DNA from: an uncultured Thermoanaerobaculia bacterium
Lineage (GTDB): Bacteria > Acidobacteriota > Thermoanaerobaculia > Multivoradales > Multivoraceae
NCBI GenBank assembly: GCA_951812325.1
Contig: OX638294.1
Location: 3,198,859 to 3,262,858, forward strand
Direction: 5' to 3'
Length of the DNA stretch: 64,000 bases
The notes beneath the pieces were generated by a model. That model was given only the letters and a program-made list of their open reading frames with translations. It was not told the origin of the DNA and ran no database searches. Positions 38,945 to 49,079 of the stretch are shown one piece after another (the first letter of the stretch is position 1; the number at the start of each line of letters is the position of its first letter). The position numbers and the translations under genes were made by a program.

Positions 38945-39940
38945 GTGACAGCCGACATCGACAAGGGCGCGGCCAGCGTATTGCAGCCCCCCGCGGGCGT
39001 CAACCGCGAGGCTCGCGAACGGCTCGCCGCGACTGCGGGCATCGAAGTTCACGAGAGGGTTCGGCTGGCCTCCGTGACGACACTGCGGATCGGCGGTCCG
39101 GCGGATCTCCTCGTCCGGGTCGATTCCGAGGCGGCGCTCAGCGAGGTGATGGAAGTCGCCAGGGGGTGCGGGGCTGCGCTCCATCTGCTTGGCCACGGCT
39201 CGAACGTCCTGTTTCCCGACGCCGGGATCCGGGGCATCGTCTGCCGCCTGCGCGGTGAACTCGGGGTCGTCGAGGTGGAGGGCGAAACGGTGCGTGCCGG
39301 CGCCGGCGTCACGCTCGCCCGGCTGGCGCGGGATACGGCGAAGCAGGGTCTGCTTGGACTCGAGGCCCTGTCCGGGTTCCCGTCGACGGTGGGCGGCGCC
39401 GTGGTGATGAACGCCGGCTGCTACGGCACCGAGATACGCGACGTTCTCACCGAGGTTCGCGTGGCCCGGCCGGGACGACCGGTCGAGTCGCTGCCGGTCG
39501 CCCGGCTCGAGCCGGGCTACCGGACGACGAATCTGCAGGGAACGGACGCCGTCGTCACGGGGGCGGAGTTCCGGCTCCGGCGCGGGGCCGGCGCTCCGGC
39601 GCTAGCACGAATCGACGAACTGAACCGGCGGCGCTGGCAGAGCCTGCCGTCCGGCAAGCCGAACGCCGGCTCCGTGTTCCGCAATCCGGGGGACGACCAC
39701 GCGGGTCGACTGATCGAAGTCTGCGGCCTGAAGGGCCTGCGCCGTGGCGGCGCAGAGATCAGCGGACGCCACGCGAACGTGATCGTCAACCGGGACAAGG
39801 CATCGGCCGCGGACGTGCTCGATCTGATGGTGGCCGCGCACCGGGCGGTGGGAGAGCGGTTCGGGGTCGAACTGCGGCCCGAGATCGTGCTTCCCGGCGG
39901 CCTGGCCGAGGAGTTCTGGCGCCGCGCCCGTTGCGGGTGA
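38945..39940 (+). CDS. murB: UDP-N-acetylmuramate dehydrogenase
   Basis: [51 protein letters not shown]; start approximate. Confidence 0.92.
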   Translation: MTADIDKGAASVLQPPAGVNREARERLAATAGIEVHERVRLASVTTLRIGGPADLLVRVDSEAALSEVMEVARGCGAALHLLGHGSNVLFPDAGIRGIVCRLRGELGVVEVEGETVRAGAGVTLARLARDTAKQGLLGLEALSGFPSTVGGAVVMNAGCYGTEIRDVLTEVRVARPGRPVESLPVARLEPGYRTTNLQGTDAVVTGAEFRLRRGAGAPALARIDELNRRRWQSLPSGKPNAGSVFRNPGDDHAGRLIEVCGLKGLRRGGAEISGRHANVIVNRDKASAADVLDLMVAAHRAVGERFGVELRPEIVLPGGLAEEFWRRARCG

Positions 39941-40020
39941 CGGGCGCCGCAGGGCGGCGCGACAGGTTATCCTCGGAGCTGGACGCGAGACGAGGGCTGA
40001 CGGAAAGAAGGGGAGACACG

Positions 40021-40605
40021 ATGAATGGGAGTGTGAATCGAACGGCGTGGGCTCGGCAGGACGTCATGGCGGCGCTCATCGCGGCCATCGCGCTGCTCGC
40101 ATCGGCTTGCGGCGGCGGCGGCGGTGTGGCGGATGCGCGGGCCGGTTTCATTGCGCAGATACAGTCGTTCACGGTTCAGAGCCCGCCTGCCGCCGGGGTG
40201 ATGGCAGCCGACGAGGCCGACGCGGAGGCGGAGGGAGAAGCCGATGCGCAGGCGGAACCGGAACCGGAAGTGGAAGCGGAAGCCGAAGCCGAAGCCGAAG
40301 CGGACATGCCCGCCGAGTCCGCCCTGGTCCACGTGATGCTCGACATCCTGGTTCACAATGAAGGGTCCGGCACGCTCGACGGCATCACGGTCGACCTGAC
40401 GATCGCCGACCCGGACGGCGTGGAGAAGGAACGGCGGTTGATCTGGATCGAAACCGCGGGTCTCACCAAGGGTTCCCAATCGCAGGTCGTCCACGAATTG
40501 CACGACCTTGACTACACCGAGGGCGACGGCTTCCACGTCGAGGTCCGGCACCCGATCCCGATGGAAGAGCGCGGCGACTACCGCGAGTTCGACGCCGAGA
40601 GCTAG
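40021..40605 (+). CDS. Hypothetical lipoprotein with acidic low-complexity insert
   Basis: GGGGAG RBS, lipobox LASAC, (EA)n tract. Confidence 0.65.
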   Translation: MNGSVNRTAWARQDVMAALIAAIALLASACGGGGGVADARAGFIAQIQSFTVQSPPAAGVMAADEADAEAEGEADAQAEPEPEVEAEAEAEAEADMPAESALVHVMLDILVHNEGSGTLDGITVDLTIADPDGVEKERRLIWIETAGLTKGSQSQVVHELHDLDYTEGDGFHVEVRHPIPMEERGDYREFDAES

Positions 40606-41999
40606 CGGCACTCCGCCGACATCACCTCGGACTCGATGATCACGCCGCAGATGTGGCTCGTGTATTCGAACGGGTCGCCGTCGAAGAGAGCGAGGTCGGC
40701 GTCCTTGCCGACTTCGATCGAGCCGACGCGGTCGTCGATGCCGAGAATGCGGGCGGGGCTCAGGGTGACGGCTTCCAGGGCGCGTTCGAGCCCCAGGCCG
40801 TTGGCGGCGGCGATCGCGGCCTCCCATAGCAGGACCCGGGTCTTGGGGACGTAGCCCTCGAAGCCGGTCTGGATGGCGAACGGGATGCCGGCGTCGGCGA
40901 GCGCGGCGGCGGTCTCCCAGGAGCCGTTGCGGACCCGGCTCATCGTCGGGTGGAGCAGGACCGGCACGCCGGCCTCGCGGATCTCGTCGATCAGCAGGTA
41001 GGCCTCGGCGGCACTGTCGAGCACCAGGTCGAATCCGAACTCTTCCTGCAGCCGGAGCGCCGAGGCCATCTCGGCCACCGTGTTCGCGGTCACCAGCAGG
41101 GAGATCTCGCCGCTCAGGACCTGGCCGAGTGCTTCGCTGGACAGGTCTCGGGGCGGCGGCTGGGGCGTGGAACCGGCGTCACCGTCCTCCTCCTCGTCGC
41201 CGGCCTCGCGTTCGCCGTTCTCGCCGCGTTCGGCTTCCTCCGCCTCGCGCACCTGGTCCAGGTACTCCCGGGCGCCGTGCAGGGCGTTCCGCAGCATCGC
41301 GATTCCCTTGGCGGAGGTCCCGGGCGACTGGAAGTTCGATGACACGGCATTGCCGAGCGTCGCGGCCAGCATCCGCACAGGCATCAGCGCGGCCTGCTCG
41401 ACGTTGCGGCCCCTGGTCTTGGCGATCATCGTCTGGCCGCTGATGAGGGCCCCCGGCCCGTGGCCCGTGTGGAGCGTCGTGACTCCGTACGAGCGGACCC
41501 ACTCGACCAGGGTCTCGTTCGCGTCGTAGGCGTCGATCGCCCGCAGGTCGGGCTGGAGCGGCGAGGACCGTTCGAGCTGGTCCTGGTCTCGCACCGGTCC
41601 GACGTTGCTGTTCAGAGCGCCGGAGAGACCGACGACCGAGCGGGCGTCGACGAGTCCGGGCGTCACGACGGCGGCTTCGAGCACCTCCACGCCTTCGGGA
41701 ATGTCCGCCTCCGCCGCGGGGCCGACCCATTCGATCCTGCCGTCCGCGCCGGCGATGACCACGGCGTTCTCGATCGGGGCGCCGGATACGGCATGGAGGG
41801 TGCCGGCCCGCACGGCCACCTGGGCCGCGGCCGGGATGGCGGCGAGGGCGGCCAGAGCCGTCAGGACGGCGGCCGCCGGGCGTGTTCGCGGCGTGTTCGC
41901 CGCCCGGTGGCGCAGGGAACGCCGGGCATGCGAATGCGGGCAGGAGGCCTGCCCTTCCAGGGGGCGGAATCCGTTCCATCCAGGCGCCGGGCGCTTCAT
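40602..41999 (-). CDS. Amidohydrolase family protein (metal-binding His motif degenerate)
   Basis: VTPGLVDARS instead of DxHxH; PARILGIDDRVGSIEVGKDADL. Confidence 0.85.
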   Translation of the reverse strand: MKRPAPGWNGFRPLEGQASCPHSHARRSLRHRAANTPRTRPAAAVLTALAALAAIPAAAQVAVRAGTLHAVSGAPIENAVVIAGADGRIEWVGPAAEADIPEGVEVLEAAVVTPGLVDARSVVGLSGALNSNVGPVRDQDQLERSSPLQPDLRAIDAYDANETLVEWVRSYGVTTLHTGHGPGALISGQTMIAKTRGRNVEQAALMPVRMLAATLGNAVSSNFQSPGTSAKGIAMLRNALHGAREYLDQVREAEEAERGENGEREAGDEEEDGDAGSTPQPPPRDLSSEALGQVLSGEISLLVTANTVAEMASALRLQEEFGFDLVLDSAAEAYLLIDEIREAGVPVLLHPTMSRVRNGSWETAAALADAGIPFAIQTGFEGYVPKTRVLLWEAAIAAANGLGLERALEAVTLSPARILGIDDRVGSIEVGKDADLALFDGDPFEYTSHICGVIIESEVMSAECR

Positions 42000-43354
42000 C
42001 GTGTTTCTCCCTCCAGCAACTGCCGAATCGCGTGGTCTTCATCGGCCGTGGTGCGGTAGACCTTGTAGCCGCCCACCGCGTACCTGCGGTGGTCGGGATT
42101 GGCCCGGTCGTAGATCATCGTCCCTTCGACCCAGGTCTGCTCGACCTTCGTGTAGGTGCTCAGTGGATCGCCCGAGAGGACGACGAAGTCGGCGTCCTTG
42201 CCGGCTTCCAGCGAACCGATGCGGTCCTCGAGCCCGAGCATCCGCGCCGGCGCCAGGGTGAGACCCTCGATCGCCTTCTCGCGCGACATGCCGTAGCGGA
42301 CCGCGATCGCGGCCGCCCGGAACAGGAGGCGCGAGTCGGTTACCGAGTCGTCCGTGTTGAAGGCGACGTCGACGCCGGCGCGCTCCAGGATCGCACCCGT
42401 CTCCATGTTCCAGTCGATCGTCTCCTCCTTGCCGCCCGGAGCGTCGATCCAGGTGATCGACACCGGGACGCCGGCCGCAGCGAGTTCCTCCGCGACCTTC
42501 CAGGACTCGGTTCCGTGCTGGACGACGACCCGGAACCCGAACTCCTCCCTGAGCCGCAGGACGGTCGCGATGTCGTTGTGGCGGTGGGTGTGATGCTGCA
42601 CGATCCTCCTGCCGTCGAGCACCTCGACCAGGGCCTCCATCCGCAGGTCGCGCTTCGCCGCCTCGCCGCCGTCCTGATTGTCCTCATCGTCCTCATCGTC
42701 CTCGGCAGCGGCCATCTTCTCGCGGTACTCCAGGGCCTCGTGGTACAGGTTGCGGACCAGGGCCGCGGACTTGGCGCGCGTGCCGGGAAAGGGCGGCGAG
42801 CCGATCGAGTTCGTGCCGTTCGCCATCTTCATGCCGCCGCAGATGCCGTGGATCGGATCGTCGCAGTAGAGCCAGTCCTCGATCGTGCGGGCGCCGTCGC
42901 GCAGCTTGACGTAGGCGGTCTGTCCGGACATCAGGTGGCCGGAGCCCGACATGATGTTGAGTGTCGTGATGCCGCCGCTTCGGGCCCGCCAGACGCTGTC
43001 GGCGGCGATGTCGATCGAGTCGAGGTTGCGCACGTCCGGGTGGAGCGGCGCCGACCGGTCGCCGCCGGATACCGAGCCGACGTGGGAGTGGGTGTCGACC
43101 AGGCCCGGCATCAGCACCTTGCCGGTCACGTCGTGCTCGACGGCGCCCCGGGGCGGGCGGGTCCGGGGTCCGCCGATCTCCGTGATCCTGCCGCCCTGGA
43201 CGACCAGGACGCCGGATTCGATCGGCGGCCCGGCGATCGGCAGCAGCCGGGCGCCGCGGAAGACGTGGGGGTCGTCCTGTGCGGTTGCCGGCAGCGCGAT
43301 CAACGCGGTCACCAGGCCGAGGGTGAACGGGCGCGGACGTTTTCTCATCTTCAT
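41996..43354 (-). CDS. Amidohydrolase family protein
   Basis: Signal peptide, MPGLVDTHSH, HHTHR, QHGTE, NTDD, GSLEAGKDADF. Confidence 0.88.
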   Translation of the reverse strand: MKMRKRPRPFTLGLVTALIALPATAQDDPHVFRGARLLPIAGPPIESGVLVVQGGRITEIGGPRTRPPRGAVEHDVTGKVLMPGLVDTHSHVGSVSGGDRSAPLHPDVRNLDSIDIAADSVWRARSGGITTLNIMSGSGHLMSGQTAYVKLRDGARTIEDWLYCDDPIHGICGGMKMANGTNSIGSPPFPGTRAKSAALVRNLYHEALEYREKMAAAEDDEDDEDNQDGGEAAKRDLRMEALVEVLDGRRIVQHHTHRHNDIATVLRLREEFGFRVVVQHGTESWKVAEELAAAGVPVSITWIDAPGGKEETIDWNMETGAILERAGVDVAFNTDDSVTDSRLLFRAAAIAVRYGMSREKAIEGLTLAPARMLGLEDRIGSLEAGKDADFVVLSGDPLSTYTKVEQTWVEGTMIYDRANPDHRRYAVGGYKVYRTTADEDHAIRQLLEGETR

Positions 43355-44604
43355 GCAGGTTCCTTGAAGGGTGGGACTGCCCGGCTCCGGGAGCTGCGCC
43401 GCGGAACGCTGCGGAGCGGGCGGCGCGGCGCGAGCTCCTGATGGCTCTCTGCCACGGACTGCTGGCGCCGGAACGACGGGTCGAGGTGGATGCGATACAA
43501 CGCTTCGCGCGGGCGGTCGCCGTTTCGACTGCCGCCCCAGAGCACGTGGACGGCGATCCGGTCGCCCTCCGGACTCCAGGCCAGGTCGCCGACGTAGGTG
43601 TGGCCGAGGCTGTGCCCGGAGGTCGGGTCGTTGAAGAACGTGAGCCGGCGCTTGTTCGAGCCGTCCGCATCCATCAGCCACAGCTCGCGCCGGGCGCCGG
43701 GCGGCACGATCTGGTCGGGCTCGGTACCGCGAATCCCGGCGTTCGAGGTGAAGACGAGGTGGCGGCCGGTAGGCGAGAGGCGGACGTACTCGTCGGCGCC
43801 GTCCCGGGAATGGGTCAGACGTTCGGGCTCGCCGCCGTCCAGGCGCAGCCGGTAGAGGTCGAGCGTGTCGGGCGACTGTCCGGGTTCGAGGTTCGCCGCG
43901 ACCAGGGCGCCGCGGTCGTCGGGGGTGAAGCCCTGGGGGACGATCAGCGCGTCGACCGGCGCCGGGTACGTCCTGATCCTGCGCAGCCTGGCGATGCCGC
44001 TGCGGTTGACCTGGAACCGGGCGCTGCGTAGTTGCCAGGCGCCGTAGCGCCCCTTGCGCGCCTTGATCCGCTCGCTCCACAGCAGCCGGTCGCCGTCGAA
44101 GGCGAAGTGGGGGTCAAGCACCGCGGCGCCGCTTGCCGCGAACCGGGTGAGCAGGGTGAAGTGCTCGCCCTTGCGGTCGATGTCGTAGAGCTCGCTGTGG
44201 ACGCCCCGGTCGGGGGTCAGGAGTTGCAACGGATCGGCCACGAACCGGAGCCGCTTAGGGCGGCTCTGGACCTGCACGACGAGCCGGTCGCCCGAGGGGT
44301 GCCACACCGGGTTCATCGCGTTGTCCTTGCGCAGCGCGTACATGTCGCAGGTCAGGCAGCGCTCCGCCGGGAGGTCCGTGGAGGTGATGTAGACGTCGTA
44401 GCGGCCGTCTTCTCCAGCCTTGTCGTAGGCCAGCCAGTCGCCCTGGCGGGACCAGTCGACGCGGGCGCCGCCGTCGATCCAGCGTTCGATGCCGAGAACC
44501 GGGCCGGACTCCGGATCGGCAGCCGGCGCCGGCGCGGTCAGGCCGACGAGCAGGAGGCATGCCGCCGCCTGGACCGGGCGCCGGCGCAGAGGAAGATCCG
44601 CCAT
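43351..44604 (-). CDS. TolB-like (PD40) beta-propeller protein
   Basis: Signal peptide; VDWSRQGDWLAY, PVWHPSGDRLV, LSPTGRHLVFTS, AWSPEGDRIA repeats. Confidence 0.8.
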   Translation of the reverse strand: MADLPLRRRPVQAAACLLLVGLTAPAPAADPESGPVLGIERWIDGGARVDWSRQGDWLAYDKAGEDGRYDVYITSTDLPAERCLTCDMYALRKDNAMNPVWHPSGDRLVVQVQSRPKRLRFVADPLQLLTPDRGVHSELYDIDRKGEHFTLLTRFAASGAAVLDPHFAFDGDRLLWSERIKARKGRYGAWQLRSARFQVNRSGIARLRRIRTYPAPVDALIVPQGFTPDDRGALVAANLEPGQSPDTLDLYRLRLDGGEPERLTHSRDGADEYVRLSPTGRHLVFTSNAGIRGTEPDQIVPPGARRELWLMDADGSNKRRLTFFNDPTSGHSLGHTYVGDLAWSPEGDRIAVHVLWGGSRNGDRPREALYRIHLDPSFRRQQSVAESHQELAPRRPLRSVPRRSSRSRAVPPFKEPA

Positions 44605-44831
44605 CGCGGGAAGGCTACCAGCGGCAGGCGCGGTCGCCGGTCAGAGTCTCCGTGCTGGCGACGGCGGGTTCGGGCCGGCCTCGAGCCGGGGAGCAGGGGG
44701 CGACCGAGGAGCAGGATCCGATCTCCGGGCGCCTTGGGGAGAACCCGGCCCCTCGGCGCCCTCGCGGGGGCGCCGATGCGGGCGGTGGTCGGACGCTTGA
44801 CAACATGGCGACTGCTAGCGTCTTCTCCGAG

Positions 44832-45962
44832 ATGGCCAACGACACCGGATCCCGGCCGCGGGCGGGCCTCGCCGTTCCGGTGCTCCTCGCGCTCTGGATC
44901 GTTGGTTCGGCGCCGTTTCTGGGTCGGCTGCAACGGTGGGTTCAGGAGGTGGATCGCTCCCTCCTCGTGATCGTGCCGACAATCCTGTTCTGGGCTGCGG
45001 CCGCTGCGTTCGCGGTCCGGGTGGTTCGCGTCGCGAAGCGGCTGCCGTGGACGAACTACGGCGTGCTTGCCGTCGGGGCGGTCTGGGCCGCGGTGCAGGC
45101 GACGGCCATGGCCCGGGGGCGGCCCGAGGAGTCGGCGCTCGAACGGATGCATCTGGTTCTCTACGGGCTCCTCGCGTTGCTGCTCTACCGCGCCCTCCTC
45201 CGCCGCGGCCGGTCGGCCGTCGCGGCCGCGTTCGCCGCCGCCGTTCTGGCCTCGCTGGTCGGCGTCGCGGACGAGTTCGTGCAGTGGCTGGTCTGGCTCC
45301 GGGTGGGCGACTTCCATGATTGCCTCCTGAACGCGTCCGCCGCCGGCTGCGGAGCGATCTTCGGCGCCGGCCTGTTCGGATTCGATACCCGGGCGCCCGC
45401 CCTGGCGGAACGGCGGACGATCGCCGCACTCTGGGCCGTCCTCGTCATCTCTTCGTTCGGACTCCTGGATCTGACGAACCTCGGTCACCGGATCGTCGAC
45501 GCGGAGATGGGCCGCTTCCGCAGCCACTACAGCGCCGATCGGCTGGAGCGCCTGAACGAGAACCGGCGCGAGCGCTGGGCCGCGAAACTGCCGCCGATGA
45601 CCCTCCAGCCCTGGCACATCGAGGACCACTTCCAGTCCGAGGCCGCCTGGCACGTCCAGGCCCGCAACGAAGCGTACGATGCCGGGGACTGGCCCGCCGC
45701 CGCCGCCGAAGAGGCGATCCTGAACCGCTACTACCCGGCCGCGCTCGAACTCCGGACGCCCGAGGGCCGGCTTCGCTACGCCTTTTCTCCGGAGAGAGTG
45801 CAGCGCCTCCAACAGGAAGGCGCCGTCCCCGTTCCCGCCTACGAAAGTCCCGCCGGCGGCAACCGCATCCGGATCTGGCCCCGCTTCCTCGCGCCCGCCC
45901 TGCTTCTGGCCGCACTCATCCCCGGTGTTCTCCCCGCCCTGTCCCGGAGCCGAAGCGGATGA
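44832..45962 (+). CDS. VanZ-like membrane protein
   Basis: Multiple TMs, ERMHLVLYGLL, GVADEFVQW...RVGDFHDCLLN; start may be 44805. Confidence 0.75.
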   Translation: MANDTGSRPRAGLAVPVLLALWIVGSAPFLGRLQRWVQEVDRSLLVIVPTILFWAAAAAFAVRVVRVAKRLPWTNYGVLAVGAVWAAVQATAMARGRPEESALERMHLVLYGLLALLLYRALLRRGRSAVAAAFAAAVLASLVGVADEFVQWLVWLRVGDFHDCLLNASAAGCGAIFGAGLFGFDTRAPALAERRTIAALWAVLVISSFGLLDLTNLGHRIVDAEMGRFRSHYSADRLERLNENRRERWAAKLPPMTLQPWHIEDHFQSEAAWHVQARNEAYDAGDWPAAAAEEAILNRYYPAALELRTPEGRLRYAFSPERVQRLQQEGAVPVPAYESPAGGNRIRIWPRFLAPALLLAALIPGVLPALSRSRSG

Positions 45963-45988
45963 AGACCCTCCGGCGGGTGAGCGCCCCC

Positions 45989-47098
45989 TCAGTGGAACCC
46001 TTCGCGGGTCTCGGCGATCAGGCCGTCGACGACGGCGTTCATGTCGCCTTCCCTGGCCCGCTTCAACTGGCGGTCGGCGCTGGTGCCGTGGGCGAGGATC
46101 GTGTGGACGTACTCGGCTTCCCTGCGGATGCCGAGTTCGTCGAGCACGTCGTCCACGAAGTCCATCAACTCCAGGACCAGGAACCGTAGCGGCACTTCCT
46201 CGGCCTTGCCGAAGTCGATCAGCTTGCCGTCGATGCCGTACCGCATCGCCCGCCACTTGTTCTCGTAGAGCAGGTGGCGGGGGTAGCGGCGCCAGGCCTG
46301 GTTGTTGCGCCGCAGGCGGATCAGCTTGCCGACGATCGCCATGAACAGGGCCGTCAGGCACAGCGCCTCCTCGATCTTCGTGCAGACGTCGCAGACGCGG
46401 AACTCGATCGTCGGGAACCTGGGATGGGGCCGGACGTCCCACCAGATCTGGGTCGGCTCCTCGATGCATCTGGTCCGAACGAGAACGTTCACGAGCCGTT
46501 CGTACTCGGCGTAGGACCGGAGCGAGGGCGGCAGGCCGGAGCGGGGGAGGCTCTCGAAGACCACCGAGCGGTAGGACTTGAGCCCGGTGTCCCGCCCTTG
46601 CCAGAGCGGCGAACTCGTCGACAGCGCCAGCAGGTGAGGCAGGAAGTAGAGCGACTGGTCCATCACGTCGATGCGCAGGTCCTTGTCCGGCACGCCGACG
46701 TGGACGTGCATGCCGAAGATCAGCATGCGCCGGGCGACATCGCCGAAGTTCTCCTGCAGCTTGATGTAGCGCTGGGCCTCGGTGACATCCTGCTCCTGCC
46801 ATGAGGAGAAGGGATGGGTGCTGGCGGCGGCGATTCGCAGGCCGTTGCGGGACGCCAGGTGGGAAATCGATCGCCGCAGACGGATGAGCTCCTGGCGCGC
46901 CTCTCCGATCGTGCGGCAGACATCGCTGCCCACTTCGACCTGGCACTGCAACTGCTCCGCCTTGATCTGCTCCTGGAGAACGATCTGGCCCTGCTCGAGG
47001 AACTTCTGGATGAACGGTTTCAGCTCCCGACTCTCCGGGTCGACGATCTGGTATTCCTCTTCGATGCCGATCGTCAACTCGGGAAGCTTCGTCTGCAT
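45989..47098 (-). CDS. ybdK: Carboxylate-amine ligase / glutamate--cysteine ligase 2
   Basis: TIGIEEEYQIVD, FGMHVHVG, LALSTSSP, WWDVRPHP, TIEFRVCD, ENKWRAMRYG. Confidence 0.92.
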   Translation of the reverse strand: MQTKLPELTIGIEEEYQIVDPESRELKPFIQKFLEQGQIVLQEQIKAEQLQCQVEVGSDVCRTIGEARQELIRLRRSISHLASRNGLRIAAASTHPFSSWQEQDVTEAQRYIKLQENFGDVARRMLIFGMHVHVGVPDKDLRIDVMDQSLYFLPHLLALSTSSPLWQGRDTGLKSYRSVVFESLPRSGLPPSLRSYAEYERLVNVLVRTRCIEEPTQIWWDVRPHPRFPTIEFRVCDVCTKIEEALCLTALFMAIVGKLIRLRRNNQAWRRYPRHLLYENKWRAMRYGIDGKLIDFGKAEEVPLRFLVLELMDFVDDVLDELGIRREAEYVHTILAHGTSADRQLKRAREGDMNAVVDGLIAETREGFH

Positions 47099-47287
47099 GG
47101 TCTTCCTGCTGCTCGGAGGGGGAAGCGTGTCTTCCTGCAAGCGCGGAGGCCGACCTGCGGACCGCGATCTCCCGCGGCGTCGATGCGTGGCTCGTCGGGC
47201 GCCCCGCGCGGAACAAGCGTATCCGGCCGGCGGCCGGTCGCTTGAACCGGTGCTCGGGAGGTGCTCTCTGATACCGTCTCCGCTGCG

Positions 47288-49069
47288 ATGAGCCGGTTCG
47301 CGACCATTGCCTCGCGCCCGCTCGTTCGGCGCCTGATCGCGGGTTGTCCGGCGCCCGCCGTTCTGCTCGGAGTCGCCTGCGCGGGCGCGGAACCGGCGCC
47401 CGAAACCGGGAGCTCCGGGGTCTGGAGTCTGGACGGCAGGGCGCCGACGGCGGAAGGTCGGCACGGGATGGTCTCGAGCGGCCATGGCCTGGCGTCGGAG
47501 GCCGGCGCGCGCGTCCTGGATCAGGGCGGCAACGCGGTCGACGCCGCGGTGGCGGTTGGCTTCGCCCTGGCGGCCGTTCTTCCCGCGGCGGGCAACATCG
47601 GCGGCGGCGGTTTCCTCGTCTACCGGTCGACGGAAGGCGACGTGAGGGCGCTGGACTACCGCGAGAAGGCGCCGGGCGCGGCCACTCGCGACATGTTCCT
47701 CGACGACGAGGGCAAGGTCACCGAGAGCGCCGTGATCGGCCACCTTGCGGCCGGCGTTCCCGGGTCCGTGGCCGGGCTGTGGGAGATGCACCGACAGGTC
47801 GGCTCGCTGCCCTGGGCCGACCTGGTCGCGCCGGCGATCGAGTTGGCGCGGCGCCACGCAGTCGACGAGGTGCGGTCGCAGAGCCTCGCCTCGGCGGCTG
47901 ATCGCCTCAACCGGTTCCCGGCCAGCGCGCAACAGTTCCTCGTTGATGGCGAGGCGCCGGCGCCCGGAGCGCTCCTGGAGCAGCCGGACCTGGCGGCCAC
48001 CCTGACGGCGATCGCCGAGCAGGGGCCGGACGGGTTCTACCAGGGCCCGGTTGCCGCTCTGATCGTCGCCGAAATGGAGAGGGGCGGAGGCCTGATCTCC
48101 CACCGGGACCTGCTGGACTACGCGCCCGTCTGGCGGGCGCCGGTCGAGGTCGGGTACCGCGGCCACACGATCCACTCGATGCCGCCGGTTTCTTCGGGCG
48201 GCCTGACCCTGGGCCTGATCCTGAACGTGCTGGAAGGCTGGGACCCGCTGCCGCCGTTCGGCAGCGCCGAGTTGATCCACCTGGAGGCGGAGACGATGCG
48301 TCTGGCGTTCCGCGACCGGAACACCCTGCTCGGGGATCCCGACTTCGTCGACGTGCCGCGGGCGCGGTTCGAATCCCGGGACTACGCGGAGGAGCTGCGC
48401 GCGCGGATCGATCCGGACCGGGCCCGGCCGTTGCCGCCGGTCGAGGTCGCCCCGCCGCAGGAGAGCACCGAGACGACCCACTACTCCGTCGTCGACCGCT
48501 GGGGGAACGCGGCCTCGGTGACGACCACGATCAACAGCGGATACGGCAACGCGGTCACGGTCACGGGGGCCGGGTTCCTGCTCAACAACGAGATGGACGA
48601 CTTTGCCGCTTCGCCGGGCCAGCCGAACCAGTTCGGCCTGGTCGAGGGCGAGAACAACGCGATCGTCCCCGGCAAACGGATGCTGTCATCGATGACGCCG
48701 AGCATCGTGGTCGACCCGGAAGGCGACCTGATGATGGTCGTCGGTACGCCGGGAGGCCCGACGATCATCACCACCGTCTACCACGTGATCTCGAACGTGA
48801 TCGACCACGGCATGACCCTTCAGCAGGCGGTCGAGAGCCCGCGCGTGCATCATCAGGCGTGGCCCGACCGCATCTTCCACGAGGAGGGCGGCCTCTCCGC
48901 CGAAGCACTCGACGGTCTGGCCGCGCGCGGCCACGAGCTGTTCGAGCGCGGTTTGAGCGGCGACGTGTCGGCGATCCGGGTGCGGGACGAGCGGCTCGTC
49001 GGCGTCGCGGATCCGCGACGGGGAGGCGGCGTGAGCGCAGCGCGGGGAGACACGCCCGCAGGCGGGTAG
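47288..49069 (+). CDS. ggt: Gamma-glutamyltransferase
   Basis: GGNAVDAAVA, GNIGGGGF, LDYREKAP, ETTHYSVVD (catalytic Thr), LNNEMDDF, KRMLSSMTP, GTPGG. Confidence 0.95.
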   Translation: MSRFATIASRPLVRRLIAGCPAPAVLLGVACAGAEPAPETGSSGVWSLDGRAPTAEGRHGMVSSGHGLASEAGARVLDQGGNAVDAAVAVGFALAAVLPAAGNIGGGGFLVYRSTEGDVRALDYREKAPGAATRDMFLDDEGKVTESAVIGHLAAGVPGSVAGLWEMHRQVGSLPWADLVAPAIELARRHAVDEVRSQSLASAADRLNRFPASAQQFLVDGEAPAPGALLEQPDLAATLTAIAEQGPDGFYQGPVAALIVAEMERGGGLISHRDLLDYAPVWRAPVEVGYRGHTIHSMPPVSSGGLTLGLILNVLEGWDPLPPFGSAELIHLEAETMRLAFRDRNTLLGDPDFVDVPRARFESRDYAEELRARIDPDRARPLPPVEVAPPQESTETTHYSVVDRWGNAASVTTTINSGYGNAVTVTGAGFLLNNEMDDFAASPGQPNQFGLVEGENNAIVPGKRMLSSMTPSIVVDPEGDLMMVVGTPGGPTIITTVYHVISNVIDHGMTLQQAVESPRVHHQAWPDRIFHEEGGLSAEALDGLAARGHELFERGLSGDVSAIRVRDERLVGVADPRRGGGVSAARGDTPAGG

Positions 49070-49079
49070 CGGGCCGCGC

